A stretch of 64,000 bases of DNA, taken from Candidatus Helarchaeota archaeon. Lineage in GTDB: Archaea > Asgardarchaeota > Lokiarchaeia > Helarchaeales > RDOG01. Location of the stretch: the NCBI GenBank assembly GCA_019058315.1, contig JAHPZH010000005.1, positions 256,001-320,000 of the forward strand, read 5' to 3'. The notes beneath the pieces are model-generated. The model ran no database searches. It was not told where the DNA came from and saw only the letters and a list, made by a program, of their open reading frames with translations. Of this stretch, positions 49,943-59,095 are shown in pieces. The translations under genes were made by a program, and so were the position numbers. The first letter of the stretch is position 1, and every line of letters begins with the position of its first letter.

Positions 49943-51316
49943 ATGATGAAGGATGATTTGAAATCTCAAATAAGCAAATTTTTTTACCCAAAATCTGTTG
50001 CCATTATTGGTGCATCCCGTAGTCCCACTAAATTTGGGAACTTGTTTCTTAGATCTTTTATAACTAATAAATTCCCTGGTAAAATTTATCCGATTAATCC
50101 TAAAGCAGATGAAATTCTAGGAGTTGAAGCTCATAAAAATTTGATTGATATTCAAGATCCTATAGATTTAGCAATTATTACAACTCATCCTGCTGAAAAT
50201 ATAAAGTTGGTCAAAGATTGTGTTAAAAAAGGTATTGAAGCAATAATTATATTCTCTGCAGGTTATGCTGAAATTGGGGAAGCTGGAAGAGAGAGGGAAA
50301 AAGAGTTATTATCAATCATAAAGGGAAAAGCTAGAGTAATAGGTCCAAATTGTGTTGGAATTCATTCTGCTCCTGGTAGAGTTTCTTCCTTTCCTGCAAC
50401 CTCTTTCGATTTAGATGCCGAAGTGGCCGTATTATCTCAAAGCGGATATTTAACATCCCTTTTAACAAGAATTTTAACACTTCGTGGAATTCCTGTAACA
50501 TTTGCAGTTAGTTTAGGCAATTCTATTGATTTGAATATCTGTGATTTTCTTGAATATTTTAAAGAGGAAAATAATACGAAATATATAGGAATGTATCTGG
50601 AGGGTGTTTCTCAAGGAGACCGGTTTATAAAATTATGTAAAGACATGAGGGGCAAAAAACAATTAATAATTTGGAAACCGGGAAGAACTAATATAGGAAA
50701 AAAAGCTATATCAACCCATACAGCAAGTATTACTGGGGAAGATAAGATATGGAATGCTATTTTTAGTCAATATAGTATATTCCGAGTTAATTCAGCCGAA
50801 GAAATATTGAATCAAGTTATCGCATTAAAATTTTCAGAAACTATGAAAGGACCAAAAGTTGGTATTGTTGGTTCTCAAGGGGGATTAACCGTAACTACTG
50901 CTGAAAATTGCGAATATTATGGTATTGAATTAGCTAAATTAACTGATCACACTAAGGAACAACTAAGAAAAGCAATTCCGGAATTTGGCACTAGCGTTAA
51001 TAATCCAGTAGACATTTCAATTGCTGCAGCGATGAATTCAAAGCTTTATGCAGATGCTGGTAAAATAGTACTTAAGGATAAGAATGTAGACATTCTGTTA
51101 ATTAATGGAACTTGGATGTTAGACAGTCTATTCATAAAATATTTATTAAGTCTTAGAAAAGTAAACGATAAACCTATTTTTTTTATAGAACCATCAATTC
51201 CAGAGAGATTAAGATCTTATAGAAAACTCTTAAACAATAAAATTGGGGTTACTTTTACTTCATTTTCATTTTTAAGATTTTTAAAAAGCGCAATTGATTC
51301 CAAATTTAAAATGTAA
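49943..51316 (+). CDS. Acyl-CoA synthetase (ADP-forming), alpha subunit
   Basis: PKSVAIIGAS, SAGYAE, IGPNCVG, SQSG, THTAS and NPVD; start ATG 49943. Confidence 0.92.
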   Translation: MMKDDLKSQISKFFYPKSVAIIGASRSPTKFGNLFLRSFITNKFPGKIYPINPKADEILGVEAHKNLIDIQDPIDLAIITTHPAENIKLVKDCVKKGIEAIIIFSAGYAEIGEAGREREKELLSIIKGKARVIGPNCVGIHSAPGRVSSFPATSFDLDAEVAVLSQSGYLTSLLTRILTLRGIPVTFAVSLGNSIDLNICDFLEYFKEENNTKYIGMYLEGVSQGDRFIKLCKDMRGKKQLIIWKPGRTNIGKKAISTHTASITGEDKIWNAIFSQYSIFRVNSAEEILNQVIALKFSETMKGPKVGIVGSQGGLTVTTAENCEYYGIELAKLTDHTKEQLRKAIPEFGTSVNNPVDISIAAAMNSKLYADAGKIVLKDKNVDILLINGTWMLDSLFIKYLLSLRKVNDKPIFFIEPSIPERLRSYRKLLNNKIGVTFTSFSFLRFLKSAIDSKFKM

Positions 51317-51465
51317 AATTCAAAAAATTTTACCGATTTTAAAATATTATAAGTCAAATATATCATAAATTAGTCAAGAAATCTTATTTTAGTTAATGAG
51401 TTTGTGAAAAAAATTCTTATTACTTTTCTTAATTGTATTTTAAAAAGAATGTGAAGTTGATTAAA

Positions 51466-52794
51466 ATGACTGAAAGAAAAAACGTAGTTGTAGTTTCTGC
51501 AAAAAGGGCTCCAATGGGAAAAAGTTCTTGGAATCCCGCTGCTAAACCAGGAATTTTTTATTGGGCTAATGCTCAAGACTTTGGTGGACAGATTTTTAGA
51601 AATATTTGGGAAGATGCTAAGAAGAAAGCACCTGATCTCAAGCCAGAGGAGCTTGAAGCGATTGCGTATGGTTGTTCAGGGCAGTATGGAGCACAATCTG
51701 GAGATATAGCTCGGCTTTCCGCAGTGGTCCAAAAATCAAAAGATTTTTACCCGGTATTTGGGGTTACTTGTGATTCCTACTGTAATGCTGGAACTTCTGC
51801 AATACAATATATTAATAACATGCTAGCCCTCGGTCAAGGTGAAGTGGGAGTAGCCGGGGGACAAGAATTACTATCTCTTTTCCCTTTAGGCTCTTCAATG
51901 ATGGCGCACATACAAGATAAGAAAACAGGGAAACCCACTCATAAAAGAGTACTTGAAATGCATAAATTATTCATGAAACGAACATTAGGTCTTGGACCTG
52001 CAGGTGAAAAAATTGCTTGGATGTGGAATTTAAAGAGAGAAGATTTAGATGAATTTGCCGCTCGTAGTCACCGGAATATGATTAAAGTTCAAAGACAAAA
52101 AGATAAATACGAACCTAGAATAATGCCAATAACTATGCCGGTCTGTAATGAAAAAGGCAAACCAATAAAAGATCCTGAAACAAGAAAAATAAAAACAATT
52201 ACGCATACAGTTGATGAGACTCCACGAGCTGTTTATTTAGATAATCCTGAAAAAGCAATGGAAAAAATGAAAAGCCTTAAAGCACGATTTAGTGATGGAG
52301 AACATTTTCCCCCAAAGTACATACATGCTGGAAACGCTAGTGCGATATCGGATGGTGGAGCTGCGATGCTTTTAATGACCGAAGAAAAGGCATCACAATT
52401 AGGCGCTAAACCTCTTGCTAGAATTGTTGATATCTCTAATTCAGCATCGGATCCTTCAGTTGTTCTTACAGGACCTATTCCAGCTACAAAGAAAATATTA
52501 AAAAGAAATGGATTAAAATTTGATGATTTTGATTTGATACACATTAACGAGGCGTTTGCGAGTGTCCCATTTGTAGTCATGCACGAATTAGGAAGTAATG
52601 CTTTAACTGATGAGCGTTTAAATACGTCGGGGGGTGCTATAGCTGGGGGACATCCGATAGGAGCATCTGGAGTTGCTTGGGCTGTGGAGTTAATATGGGA
52701 AATGATCCATAATAAGAAAAAGCTTGGACTTTTCACCTTGTGTGCTGGGTTTGGCAATGGAATGTCTGTGGTCTTTGAAAATATGCAAATCTAA
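51466..52794 (+). CDS. Thiolase (acetyl-CoA C-acyltransferase)
   Basis: SYCNAG catalytic Cys, NEAFA, GHPIGASG and LCAGFG. Confidence 0.93.
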   Translation: MTERKNVVVVSAKRAPMGKSSWNPAAKPGIFYWANAQDFGGQIFRNIWEDAKKKAPDLKPEELEAIAYGCSGQYGAQSGDIARLSAVVQKSKDFYPVFGVTCDSYCNAGTSAIQYINNMLALGQGEVGVAGGQELLSLFPLGSSMMAHIQDKKTGKPTHKRVLEMHKLFMKRTLGLGPAGEKIAWMWNLKREDLDEFAARSHRNMIKVQRQKDKYEPRIMPITMPVCNEKGKPIKDPETRKIKTITHTVDETPRAVYLDNPEKAMEKMKSLKARFSDGEHFPPKYIHAGNASAISDGGAAMLLMTEEKASQLGAKPLARIVDISNSASDPSVVLTGPIPATKKILKRNGLKFDDFDLIHINEAFASVPFVVMHELGSNALTDERLNTSGGAIAGGHPIGASGVAWAVELIWEMIHNKKKLGLFTLCAGFGNGMSVVFENMQI

Positions 52795-52890
52795 CATTAA
52801 ATAAAATTTCTACTCTTTTTTTAAACAATTTTTTTTAACCATTTAAAAAAAATTAAGAGATTTTGAAAGATATTTCTCTTTATACCAAAT

Positions 52891-53082
52891 TTATGTATAA
52901 TAAGGTAGGGTAGGTTTATCAAATTCCAGGCCTATAAGAATTTCATAAGTTTCACAACTTGGACATTTGACATCATTTAGAGGGGTTTCGCCCTCTAATC
53001 CAAAAAATATATTGCATTTTATACAATAAAATGACAGCGTTGGTTTTAAATCCGTTTTTTTTAATTCAATTTTTTCCTTCAA
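52891..53082 (-). CDS. Small zinc-finger protein (63 aa)
   Basis: CIKC ... CPSC; GAGG SD upstream of TTG. Confidence 0.65.
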   Translation of the reverse strand: MKEKIELKKTDLKPTLSFYCIKCNIFFGLEGETPLNDVKCPSCETYEILIGLEFDKPTLPYYT

Positions 53083-53241
53083 ATTTTTACTAACCTCTTC
53101 TATAATTTTTTTTCATTTTTTTATAGAATTTAAGGTCAAACTTCAATAATTCTAACATTTTCAGCCATTACTTTAATTATATCATTTTGTCGATTTAAAT
53201 TTTATTAATTTAATTAAATTAATAACTTTAACATTTTTCTT

Positions 53242-53517
53242 TTATTTTGGTGTTTCCGATTCTAAATTTTTTAATTTTTGAACCTCATCCTTCAGTTCTT
53301 GAATTTCTTTTTGTAATTCGAGTAAAATAGAGATGAAGAGAACCTCAGATACCAGTGGTCGTGAGATATAACCTCCAGCATCTGCTCGTAAGCGTGCCGC
53401 ATTCATAATTTTGTCGAAGTTCTTTTTATCTGCTGGACGCAAGGCTCGTCGAAATTCTGCCCAACTCGCAATTTCGTGTTCCAATATCATTCTAAACGTA
53501 GGTATTGTTCGTCCCAT
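53242..53517 (-). CDS. Small helical PolB2-associated protein (arCOG07300-like)
   Basis: MGRTIPTFR...W.EFRRALR..D...FD; its ATG overlaps the upstream stop (TAATG at 53515-19). Confidence 0.8.
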   Translation of the reverse strand: MGRTIPTFRMILEHEIASWAEFRRALRPADKKNFDKIMNAARLRADAGGYISRPLVSEVLFISILLELQKEIQELKDEVQKLKNLESETPK

Positions 53518-54236
53518 TAAGGTTCCCCCAGCCAAAAGTTGAGATTTCTTTGTAGAGGTATCGGGGTTGATTTCCACATGATATTTTTTTGGAAACGACC
53601 TCCTTTGAGTTTATAGAAATCTATACGATTTTGATAATCTAATACATGAACAATTACATCAGCAAAATGACTCATAATCTTGCCTCCTGCTGGTTTAAAC
53701 CGTGAGTTCTGAGCATATCCTGTAGAAACTACAACAACCGCATTTTTTTCAAGCGCAAATTTTTTAAGCTTTCCGAGAATTTTTAAGAGATCTCCAAAGC
53801 AAGACTGTGTTTTGGGGTCGAACATACCAGTCAATCCCGAAATGAGAAGAAGTCGTGCCTCTAATCCTTTCATTTTATTTATGACAATATCGACCGTTTG
53901 TTCCCAAGTGAAGAATCGGGAGATGAGAATACGTGATAAGACATGACGAGGGTTTAGTTTTTTAGTGACGGATTTTTGGGAGATGAAGTAGGGATCAAAG
54001 GAAACATCACCGTCCACATAGATTACTTTCGAATTAAGACCATTAAGTGATCGCGGTAGTTGAGCTGTAACTGATAGCGTTAGAAAAATCTGTCTAATTA
54101 CAGATCTTTGCCCATATAAAAGATAAAGAGTTCTGGGCATAAATCCTCCATCAAGTAAGTCGTCTAATTCTGCATTTTCACTGGTCAATTTAGTTATGTT
54201 TTTTTGTCGATTGTATTCGTGTGAAGCGGAGTTCAT
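53517..54236 (-). CDS. RadA/RecA-fold paralog with degenerate Walker A and C-terminal PIP-like motif
   Basis: LDDLLDGG, LYGQRSVIRQ (no GKT), VIYVDGDVSFDP, GGKIMSHFAD and QRNLNFWL. Confidence 0.85.
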   Translation of the reverse strand: MNSASHEYNRQKNITKLTSENAELDDLLDGGFMPRTLYLLYGQRSVIRQIFLTLSVTAQLPRSLNGLNSKVIYVDGDVSFDPYFISQKSVTKKLNPRHVLSRILISRFFTWEQTVDIVINKMKGLEARLLLISGLTGMFDPKTQSCFGDLLKILGKLKKFALEKNAVVVVSTGYAQNSRFKPAGGKIMSHFADVIVHVLDYQNRIDFYKLKGGRFQKNIMWKSTPIPLQRNLNFWLGEP

Positions 54237-54290
54237 TTCATTACCTCAACAGCACATATTAACTTAAACTACAATATTTGAGTTAAAATT

Positions 54291-54434
54291 CCGACATTTC
54301 GACAGCCTCGGGTAGGAATTTGCCAACATTCGATCAATTCCTCTAGAATTTTAACACCATAGAGAGATACCTTTTGGAAAATATTAATTGTAGGAGGGAG
54401 ATCTGGAAAAGTGAAAGTATTGAATTTTTGTCGG
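54291..54434. promoter_or_regulatory. Upstream region of the RadA paralog: CCGACATTTCGACA, an AGGAATT/AATTCCT hairpin and GGAGGGAGA...TGAAAGT...TTTTTGTCGG
   Basis: Three TGTCG half-sites and block order shared with the polB2 upstream region. Confidence 0.55.
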
Positions 54435-54659
54435 GTTTTTAAGAGAAGTTAAAAAAAACGAAAATGAAATTTGAAATATTTTTTCATGATTTTCTAAGGT
54501 AAAAATGGTTTTACTTGTACATTTATATTTCTAGAGTTGATTAATAAATGAATAAATTGAATTTAATATTATAATCAATAAAAAAGGTTTATATTTTACC
54601 GATGAATTGAAAGATTATTAAATTATAACTCAATTGCATTAAAAATTGGATTTAAAAAA

Positions 54660-55373
54660 ATGTCTTTAAATGGAATTGTTCCAGATTGGATAGGTTATAT
54701 GCAAGCAATAATTTATTTTATTCTTGCAGTATATTTAATTTATTTAACCATGAATACTAAATTGACGCATGTAGATGAATTTAGAAAAAAGTTCGTGTTA
54801 GCCATTCTCATTTTAATAGGCTCTGTTTCAATTTACGTGGTATGTCGAAATTTTTTTCATTTTTCAGAACAATTTTATGAAATTTTACTTGTAATTTTAT
54901 TTATTGGGTTGTTTTGTTTCATTTTAGCAATGTTACTTAGTTATCGAACTTTAGTCGAATATGTATCAGATATAATCGAACTTGAATATAATAATAAGAA
55001 AGAGATTTCAAAGGCTTTATTAATTTCAGTGATAATAGATATGATTTTTTTTGTCACTATTTTAATTTCTAATATTGTCCAATATATTTGGATTGAATTA
55101 GTTATAGGACGAGTTATTTTTATAGGTTTTTTCTTTAGTGCTGTTTATACTTTCGAATTACATCTTAAAATGAAAAACGCAAATATTAACGTAATGATTT
55201 ACTTTGGATTTGGATTTTTAAGTTTCGGTTTTTTAGAATTCGTTTCATTATTTGTTAATTTAATAAAAACTGAGCTTGGATGGGCTTTAGTAAATTTTAT
55301 TGTAAGTTTTATGTTAGCTATTTTTATTATTGGATATTTAAGTTTCAAAAGACATATTTTGACTAATAAATAA
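54660..55373 (+). CDS. Hypothetical 7-TM membrane protein
   Basis: Seven hydrophobic segments. Confidence 0.75.
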   Translation: MSLNGIVPDWIGYMQAIIYFILAVYLIYLTMNTKLTHVDEFRKKFVLAILILIGSVSIYVVCRNFFHFSEQFYEILLVILFIGLFCFILAMLLSYRTLVEYVSDIIELEYNNKKEISKALLISVIIDMIFFVTILISNIVQYIWIELVIGRVIFIGFFFSAVYTFELHLKMKNANINVMIYFGFGFLSFGFLEFVSLFVNLIKTELGWALVNFIVSFMLAIFIIGYLSFKRHILTNK

Positions 55374-55480
55374 TAACTCTATCATAAGATGGAAATAGCA
55401 ATTTGAAAGAGAAGAGACACTATTCATGGAAATACGCTTTCTAAATTCTATTATTACCTGATTAATTTTTATAAACTCAA

Positions 55481-56098
55481 ATGAAACTATATAGAAATTA
55501 TAAAAAAACTTTCAACATTATTATTCTTAAATTAGAAATATTAAGATGTGATGCTTTGTCTTTTTTAAATAAGTTGGATAATTGGCCTTCACCAAATAAG
55601 ATACGACTTATGGCGATTTTTGGTCTCATTTTGACTATTCTGGTTTATATACTTATGGGAATGGTCTTTATGCAAGCAGGATATTCTATGAACTTCTTTG
55701 CAAGTCAGTTATCATTCAATGGATTTTCAATGAAGTTGGAATATTTTCCAATGGTAATTTTTAACGGATTAGGAGCTTATAGAATTGGACAGATTCTGGA
55801 TTATCTATTTATGGTCGGCTATGGGACTTTGATATTCTCTTTAGCTTTGATTATTGGTAGGAAATACGAGTCTACTTCGATTTGGAGAAAATCAAGTTTC
55901 ATTATTGCAGTAGTAGGTATTATAACAGCAATTTTAGATGGGTTAGAAAATGCATTCATATTACTCACACTTACAAACCCATTAGGCTTTCCAGATTGGT
56001 GGACTGTTGCGCATTCATGTTTTGCATTAGTTAAATATATTTGCCTCTTCTCATCAATTATTTGGGCGATTTTAGCAGCAATTAAAATTAAAATTTAA
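55481..56098 (+). CDS. Hypothetical membrane protein
   Basis: About 4 TM; LDYLFM..Y and AILDGLEN motifs; true start probably downstream. Confidence 0.75.
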   Translation: MKLYRNYKKTFNIIILKLEILRCDALSFLNKLDNWPSPNKIRLMAIFGLILTILVYILMGMVFMQAGYSMNFFASQLSFNGFSMKLEYFPMVIFNGLGAYRIGQILDYLFMVGYGTLIFSLALIIGRKYESTSIWRKSSFIIAVVGIITAILDGLENAFILLTLTNPLGFPDWWTVAHSCFALVKYICLFSSIIWAILAAIKIKI

Positions 56099-56147
56099 TT
56101 TTTTTATTTTATTCTATTCTATTTTTCTATAATGGAGAATTTAAAAT

Positions 56148-56864
56148 ATGTTAATTATTCCAGCTGTTGATATTCGTGAAGGTAAATGTGTAAGACTATA
56201 CAAAGGTATTGAAGATCAAATTACAAAATATTTTGACAGCCCCGTTGAAGCTGCACAATTTTGGGCAGATCAAGGTGCCCCTTTAATTCATATTATTGAT
56301 CTGGACTCTGCTCTAGGGTTAGGTGAAAATATAGCTAGCATTAAAAAAATAATAAATGAAGTTTCTGCGAAATTTGAAATCGGAGGAGGGATTCGATCCC
56401 TTGAAAAAGCTGAAAGGATCTTTTCGTGGGGTGCAGAGCGAATTATAGTAGGAACCAAAGCGATTAAAGAACCGAACTTTATTCCAAAACTGGAAAGGGC
56501 GATTGGAAAGGCCCACATTATGGTTGCATTAGATTATCGTAAGGATAAAGTTCTTGTAAATGGTTGGAAAACCTCCACTTCTTATAATGTCTTTGAATTT
56601 GCAAAAATAATGGAAGAAAAAGGTGCTGGTTGGATTCTTTTTTCATCCGCTGAAGCAGATGGCACTCTTACTGGACCCAATATAGAAGCTACTACTCAAA
56701 TGGTCCAATCAACCTCTTTACCCGTTATTGCTGCTGGGGGTATAAGCTCGATTAAAGATATTGAAGCACTCGAAAATACAAAAGTAGCGGGAATTGTTAC
56801 TGGGAAAGCAATCTATGAAGGAAAATTAGATTTAAAAGAAGCATTGAAAAGATTTCAAAAATAA
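56148..56864 (+). CDS. hisA: ProFAR isomerase
   Basis: IIPAVDIREGKCVRL, HIIDLD, GGGIRS, DGTLTGPN, AAGGI and GKAIYEG. Confidence 0.96.
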   Translation: MLIIPAVDIREGKCVRLYKGIEDQITKYFDSPVEAAQFWADQGAPLIHIIDLDSALGLGENIASIKKIINEVSAKFEIGGGIRSLEKAERIFSWGAERIIVGTKAIKEPNFIPKLERAIGKAHIMVALDYRKDKVLVNGWKTSTSYNVFEFAKIMEEKGAGWILFSSAEADGTLTGPNIEATTQMVQSTSLPVIAAGGISSIKDIEALENTKVAGIVTGKAIYEGKLDLKEALKRFQK

Positions 56865-56887
56865 ATCTTTTAAAAATAAAAAATATA

Positions 56888-57598
56888 TTAACCCACATGT
56901 TGATGAGGAAGAGACCTCCAAATCCAAGATATGACTTCAGAAGGTGATCTTGTTTGAAATATGACCTTTCCTGGACCAGTTGCTTCAATTACTAACCCTT
57001 CCTTAGAAAATAATGTAGATTTTAAGCCTCCTACTTTTTTAATATCCCACTTTAAAGAACTTTCCATTGCTACTAAATGTGAATTGTCAATTCGTAATTT
57101 CTCTCCAGGTTCTAAATCTCGTTCCAAAAATCCGCCAAGTGCAGATACAAATAAATCACTATCTTCTTCTGCTTTTGTTAGTAGAAAAAACATTTTTTCT
57201 CCACCGAAAAGACCCTTTTTAAATCCTGAGAATTTTGTTCCAGTATCTAAAGTTGGAGAACTTGCGACAAATCCACCTGAGTAAACCATCCATTCTTCGC
57301 CGGCTTTTAGTTTTATATGCATTATATCACCAGGATACGGAGGGGCTAACCCTAATATTCCATCTCCAGTTTCTGCGGTGAATTCATTGATAAAAAAAGT
57401 CTCTCCCGCGAAAGTTCTTTTTACACTTGCCCAAAAACCCTTGGCGGCCTTTTTTGTATGTATTCCAATCGTTGTATCATGATATATCATGACTCCTGCT
57501 TCTGCATTTATGGTCTGACCTTCTTTAAGTAAAACATTCACTATAGAATAAGATGGGGCAAATAATATTTCGTATTTGTAATGAACTCCGTCTTGCAT
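56888..57598 (-). CDS. AIM24/TIGR00266 family protein
   Basis: AEAGVM, GETFFINEF, DNSHLVA and GPGKVIFQTRS. Confidence 0.92.
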   Translation of the reverse strand: MQDGVHYKYEILFAPSYSIVNVLLKEGQTINAEAGVMIYHDTTIGIHTKKAAKGFWASVKRTFAGETFFINEFTAETGDGILGLAPPYPGDIMHIKLKAGEEWMVYSGGFVASSPTLDTGTKFSGFKKGLFGGEKMFFLLTKAEEDSDLFVSALGGFLERDLEPGEKLRIDNSHLVAMESSLKWDIKKVGGLKSTLFSKEGLVIEATGPGKVIFQTRSPSEVISWIWRSLPHQHVG

Positions 57599-57767
57599 AT
57601 TTTTCTATCTCTTTAATCATTTATTTTGAATATTCAATAATATTCATCTATAAAATTATTAAGTGTTTACATAGCGGCATTTTCAAATAGGGATTGATTT
57701 AAAAGCCCTTACTATTGATTTTATATAGTTTTAAAACAAAGTCTAATTATATATCTGTTAATATTTA

Positions 57768-58988
57768 TCAATCAATTAAATGATTTTCTTCAACTTTAGA
57801 GATGAATGAAAAAACTACCGCTACAATTCCAATAATAATTAAGGTATAACTTAGTGACCAATCTACAAGCAGACCCACGAAAGGATTAAATATTGCACAA
57901 ACCATTTTTTCAAACATTGTTGCTGTGGAGATAACAGTTGCTCGTTTTTCAGAGGGAATATATTTGTTCATATAACTGATTAATAGAGGTCTTCGTGCTA
58001 AACCGAATCCACCAGCTAAAAATATAGCTAATAACACGAATGGAAGAAATGTAGTTAAGCCTCCAATAATGAACCCTATACCTGTTATAATGGAAGTGAG
58101 AAAGACTAATCTTTTTTTGGATCTGAAAATTTTTTCTAAACTTTCATAACTATTCATTATTGCAATTTCGATTATTAACAGAGCTACATTTATAAAACCA
58201 TAGTAAAAAATCTCAACATTTGCTTCTTTTAGCATTGGTTGCCAAAGCCAAATCATCCAATAGGAAACCGAAGCTAAAATAATCATATCAATTGCCAAAA
58301 TTTTTAGGATTTTATGTTCATGTAAATATCTCACTCCTTTTTTTAATATAGTAAAATAACTCATTGATTCTGAGTTTTCTTGTAAAGGTGGTTCTTTGAA
58401 CGTTAAACCTAAAAAAAATGCAAGACCAGTTGGAATAGAAACTAATAACATTGTTGCTCTTAGGTCAAAAATAACTGCGATTAAACTTCCAAATATAGCT
58501 CCAAGCATAATACCTACTAAATTGAAACTTTGCATCCTTCCCATGATTTTTTTAGATTTTTCTGTTTCATTAATCTCCTTTAAGCTATCATAGACAAATG
58601 CTTCGGTCGCACCAGAATATAAGCTCATTGATAATCCCCATAGAAATTCTCCTAACATGAAAATGAAAAAATTTGGAGTACTTCCATAAACGAGCGCCCC
58701 AGCAATATTAATTACACTAGCCAATAAAAGTGAATGCTTTCTTCCTAAAAAATCTGCCACAGTTCCTGTAGGAATTTCTAAAATAAAGAAACAGAAGAGA
58801 AACCAGCTCTGTAAAATCATTATTTGGAAGAAACTTAATCCACCCCAATCTGTGAAGAACGGGATTAATACAGGGGATACGAACATCATATTACGTAGCA
58901 TATTGAATAAGTATATTTTCCAAATATTCGCTTTGAAATTTTTAACCATATTTTTAACCGAATTAACTATTTTTTTAAATAGAAACAA
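57768..58988 (-). CDS. MFS transporter
   Basis: EIPTGTVADFLGRK, SGATEAFVYDSL and SEKRATVIS. Confidence 0.92.
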   Translation of the reverse strand: MFLFKKIVNSVKNMVKNFKANIWKIYLFNMLRNMMFVSPVLIPFFTDWGGLSFFQIMILQSWFLFCFFILEIPTGTVADFLGRKHSLLLASVINIAGALVYGSTPNFFIFMLGEFLWGLSMSLYSGATEAFVYDSLKEINETEKSKKIMGRMQSFNLVGIMLGAIFGSLIAVIFDLRATMLLVSIPTGLAFFLGLTFKEPPLQENSESMSYFTILKKGVRYLHEHKILKILAIDMIILASVSYWMIWLWQPMLKEANVEIFYYGFINVALLIIEIAIMNSYESLEKIFRSKKRLVFLTSIITGIGFIIGGLTTFLPFVLLAIFLAGGFGLARRPLLISYMNKYIPSEKRATVISTATMFEKMVCAIFNPFVGLLVDWSLSYTLIIIGIVAVVFSFISKVEENHLID

Positions 58989-59095
58989 ATAAAATTTAAT
59001 AATTAGAATATAATTACTGATTTAGATAATTTAAAAGAAAGAGAACTTTTAGAGAGGATTATTAGAATTGATTTATCGAAGCTAAATAGCTTTTT

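Noticed and set aside
53411-54210. TTGTCG matches inside coding regions (53411, 54203; also 17 and 44162)
   Set aside because: They are explained by codons and were not counted as operator sites.
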